Source: Candidatus Latescibacterota bacterium (GTDB lineage Bacteria; Latescibacterota; UBA2968; UBA8231). From it: a DNA stretch of 64,000 nucleotides. The stretch is taken from the NCBI GenBank assembly GCA_965223905.1, contig CBDCXV010000009.1, forward strand, positions 608,001-672,000. The letters run 5' to 3'. Below, piece by piece: positions 61,148 through 64,000 of this stretch (its first letter is position 1; each line of letters starts with the position of its first letter). The translations under genes and the position numbers were made by a program. Below the pieces are notes generated by a model. That model saw only the letters and a program-made list of their open reading frames with translations, had not been told where the DNA came from and ran no database searches.

Positions 61148-63998
61148 AGCTGAAGTGCATGCGCCAGTCGGAGAAGTCCTTCATATCCGTCTGGCGGGCG
61201 AACTCGAAGTTCATGGGAGCGAGGAAGTAGACGAGCAGGCCGAACCCCACTCCGGCGCGCAGCTTGCGCGGCTCTCCCTCTTCTTCGCGAGGGGCATCCG
61301 GCGGCATCAGCGGCCACGGGTCGAGCGTGTCTCCGTCGTTCCAGGTTCCGCCGAGATCGAAAAAGAAGCTGCCGTCGACCGCGGGGATGGCGAAAGTTCC
61401 GGGCCAGCCGAAGGTAATGTTGCGTATGAAGGGAACGCGGACCTCGCTGTTGACCAGGAGGACGCGGCTCCCGGTGAACTGGGAGAACGGGTACCCCCGC
61501 AGCGGTCCGACGTTGAGGTTGTAGCCCGGAAAGAAGGGCAGGACCCAGGAAGGTCCGCCGAGATTGTAGGTAAGCCCGTCCCTTCCCAGCGAGCCGACGC
61601 CGACGCCGCGCAATCCCAACACCGACCACCTGCCCAGGCGGATATAGTGGCGGTAGTCCGCTTCGATATGGGAGAATGAGCGGTCGCCGCCGGTGAGAAC
61701 CAGGGTGCGCCCGACCGAGAGGTAGTACTTGCGGCCCGACGTCGGCCCGAGCAGGCCGTTGTTGAGGGAATCGTGGATGTAGGCGGTTTTGAACAGGTGG
61801 GTGCTGAAGCTCTCGATAGTCTCCGTATCCGGCCAAACCAGCTCCCGCCGCTCGTCGACGAAGGAGTAGCTCAACTCGACGCGGCGGTATATGTCGAGGG
61901 GATAGGTCGCGTCGGTCAACAGCCCCCCCTGACGGCTTCGTACCAATCCGCGTACCAGGCGGCCGCGAAAGAAGAACAGGCGGTTCTCGGGGTCGTTGAA
62001 ATACTGATTCCAGTTGAAGATGGTGGCGCTGTATGTCGGGCGGCGTCCAAAGTAGCTGTAGCCGACGGCAAAGGTGAAGTCGTTGTTGATCTCCCGCGAG
62101 CCGATGTAGTCGGTGAACATCACCAGCGAGTGGTTGCCGAGGAGGTCGCTCATACTCAACTGGGCGATGCCGGACAGGAAGCCGTTAAAATACCCCATCT
62201 GAAAAGAAACGCCGTCGAACTCCAGCCTGGGTGTATAGCGCCGGCGCGGCAGTTCATCCAGGGCGAGGGTCCCATCCCCGGAGAGACTGGAATCGAGCTG
62301 AATACCAACGGAGGCCGGAGCCGGTGAGACCGCCTCCTCCGGGGAGTCGGGGGTTTCGGGAATCCCGGCAACGACGTCCAGCGGCTGAGAAACCTCCGCA
62401 AGCTTGACCGCCTTCCCCTGACCGGAGGCCGCCTGCTCCAGGAGAGGGGGAGCCGCATCGGCGAGGCCGTCCAGCGGCGCATCACGAAGGACCGCCGCCA
62501 ACGTGGACGTGTCCGCGGCTGCGGGGGCCTCGGGCGACGCAGCCTGAGGGGAGGCGGCAACAGCCCGGCCCGGCCCGGATACCCGGGCAGCGAACTGGGC
62601 ATTCCTGCTCTTGATTTCCGGCCAGCTCGGCATGTCGAGTCGGTACAATTCCTGGCGGCCGTGATAATAGGTTCCCAGCACGATCTGCTTGCCGTCGGGG
62701 GACAGCGCCGGCGACATGACGCCGCTGATGGTGCGCGTTATGCGGAACTCCCTCCCCGTCTCGAGGTGATAGACGAAGAGGTCGTTTATGCGCTCGCGCG
62801 TCGAGACGAAAAGCATCTTGTTGCCCTCGGGCAGCCACTGGGGCCACAAGTCGTCGGTCGGGCTGGAAATCAGGCCCCGAGTGCGGCCGGTCGTGACGTC
62901 GTACTCGCGGATGTCGAACTGGCCGTTGCGCTTGGCGCTGAACGCGATCCTGGCGCCATCCGGGGACCATGCCGGGTAATCTTCGCGGGTCGGAGTGCCT
63001 GTTACCTGGGTCAGCTGGCGGGTGTCGACGTCTACGAAATAGATGTCGCTCTGGCCGTACCCCGTGCCGACGAACGCCAAGCGCCGGCTTTCGGGAGCCC
63101 AATCGAGGCCCCGGATGACCTCGAGGTCTTCGAAGACGATGGTTCCGGTTACTTCCTTGTTGTAGAGGTCCCACAGAAGCAGCAGGTCCTTGGGCCCTTT
63201 CTTGGCGACGAAGGCGATGGTGCGGCCGTCGGGAGCCCAGGCGACCGAGCCCTGACCGAAAGTCAGGTCGTCGAAGATCGCCGTGCGCATCCCGGCGGTG
63301 ACGCGCTGTACCACGGTGCCGTTGCGCAGCCTGATGATGTCGACGTGCTGCTCGACGCCGTCGGTAGAGAGCACGGCGAGCATATCGCCACTGAGCGACC
63401 AGCGCGGTGCCGCGTAGAGCGAATGGATGTCGTCATCCTGCACGATCCGAGTGGCGAACTCCGAGACGTAGTCGCGGTTTTGAAGCAGCGGCCAGTACTT
63501 CTTGCGCATGTGCGCCTGCCAGCGCTCGTCGAGGGTCTTCATGTCGACGTCGAGCAGCCTTTCGAGGAGCTTGTCGGTGTCCGTCCGGCTGTCCCAGACG
63601 CGCAGGATGCGGCTGATCTTCTCCGGGCCGTAGTTCGCCGCCATGTACTCCATAAGGCTGTGGCCCTGCTTGTAAGCGAGGAACGTATTCGGCAGGTAGT
63701 CCCAGGAGGAGTCCATGACCTCCAGGGGAATCAGCTCGTCGGTGAGGACGGCGTCGCGCAGCACCATTTCGTCGATGGTGCCCATTCCGGCCTCCCCTTC
63801 GGCGAACTGCGCCATCCCCTCCATGATCCACGTGGGTGGGCGGGCGATCGGGTTGGTGATCCGTTTGACGGGTCCGCGGTTGACGATGTCGTACTGGAAG
63901 ATGTGCATCAGCTCGTGCACGAGTACGTTGCGGAAATTGTCGAGGTCGCCGTCGAAGGGGATGACCATGCGGTAGCGCAGCGGCTCGGCGAAGCCGGC
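61131..63998 (-). CDS. Peptidase MA (HExxH)-PD40/TolB propeller-Omp85/BamA-like fusion (5'-partial)
   Basis: VLVHELMHIFQ and WIMEGMAQF; repeated WSPDG/WAPDG; PLRGY, NSEVRVP, terminal FSFGKSF. Confidence 0.85.
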   Translation of the reverse strand, partial: AGFAEPLRYRMVIPFDGDLDNFRNVLVHELMHIFQYDIVNRGPVKRITNPIARPPTWIMEGMAQFAEGEAGMGTIDEMVLRDAVLTDELIPLEVMDSSWDYLPNTFLAYKQGHSLMEYMAANYGPEKISRILRVWDSRTDTDKLLERLLDVDMKTLDERWQAHMRKKYWPLLQNRDYVSEFATRIVQDDDIHSLYAAPRWSLSGDMLAVLSTDGVEQHVDIIRLRNGTVVQRVTAGMRTAIFDDLTFGQGSVAWAPDGRTIAFVAKKGPKDLLLLWDLYNKEVTGTIVFEDLEVIRGLDWAPESRRLAFVGTGYGQSDIYFVDVDTRQLTQVTGTPTREDYPAWSPDGARIAFSAKRNGQFDIREYDVTTGRTRGLISSPTDDLWPQWLPEGNKMLFVSTRERINDLFVYHLETGREFRITRTISGVMSPALSPDGKQIVLGTYYHGRQELYRLDMPSWPEIKSRNAQFAARVSGPGRAVAASPQAASPEAPAAADTSTLAAVLRDAPLDGLADAAPPLLEQAASGQGKAVKLAEVSQPLDVVAGIPETPDSPEEAVSPAPASVGIQLDSSLSGDGTLALDELPRRRYTPRLEFDGVSFQMGYFNGFLSGIAQLSMSDLLGNHSLVMFTDYIGSREINNDFTFAVGYSYFGRRPTYSATIFNWNQYFNDPENRLFFFRGRLVRGLVRSRQGGLLTDATYPLDIYRRVELSYSFVDERRELVWPDTETIESFSTHLFKTAYIHDSLNNGLLGPTSGRKYYLSVGRTLVLTGGDRSFSHIEADYRHYIRLGRWSVLGLRGVGVGSLGRDGLTYNLGGPSWVLPFFPGYNLNVGPLRGYPFSQFTGSRVLLVNSEVRVPFIRNITFGWPGTFAIPAVDGSFFFDLGGTWNDGDTLDPWPLMPPDAPREEEGEPRKLRAGVGFGLLVYFLAPMNFEFARQTDMKDFSDWRMHFSFGKSF

Positions 63999-64000
63999 CA

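Overview
GC-rich bacterial chromosome segment. Gene content (group-II-type GGGP synthase, PorX-like response regulator next to tsaE, DUF2279-like protein, peptidase-PD40-Omp85 fusion, C-terminal TWGxIK motif, giant Ig-repeat adhesin) suggests an FCB-superphylum organism such as Latescibacterota; this is inference only. Bases 1-15.2 kb hold a housekeeping run (dnaX, recR, pgsA, pgpA, recA, recX, alaS, GGGPS, ptsH, ptsI, metK, lipoprotein plus beta-barrel). Bases 15.3-24.0 kb are a decaying defence island: a TA pair, hsdM with an internal TAG, vapC preceded by three tandem paralogous antitoxins, hsdS split by nested IS elements, and a coupled lower-GC CARF-like gene with a truncated TIR/NDT-like gene, joined abruptly to a 5'-less clpB. 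The rest holds degQ, a degenerate GH78-like protein, hemH, a ~2370-aa adhesin with 19 Ig-like repeats, a temptin-like CxxCH protein, a Tm-1-like/cupin/TIM-barrel cluster, a eukaryote-type xylulokinase, glyA, kdsC, tal (with a candidate structured RNA upstream), a 2-PGK-like kinase, an HK-PorX-tsaE cluster and outer-membrane genes. Scattered single-base frameshifts may be sequencing errors. I recognised no rRNA, tRNA or CRISPR array. All family calls come from motif recognition by eye, not database searches.
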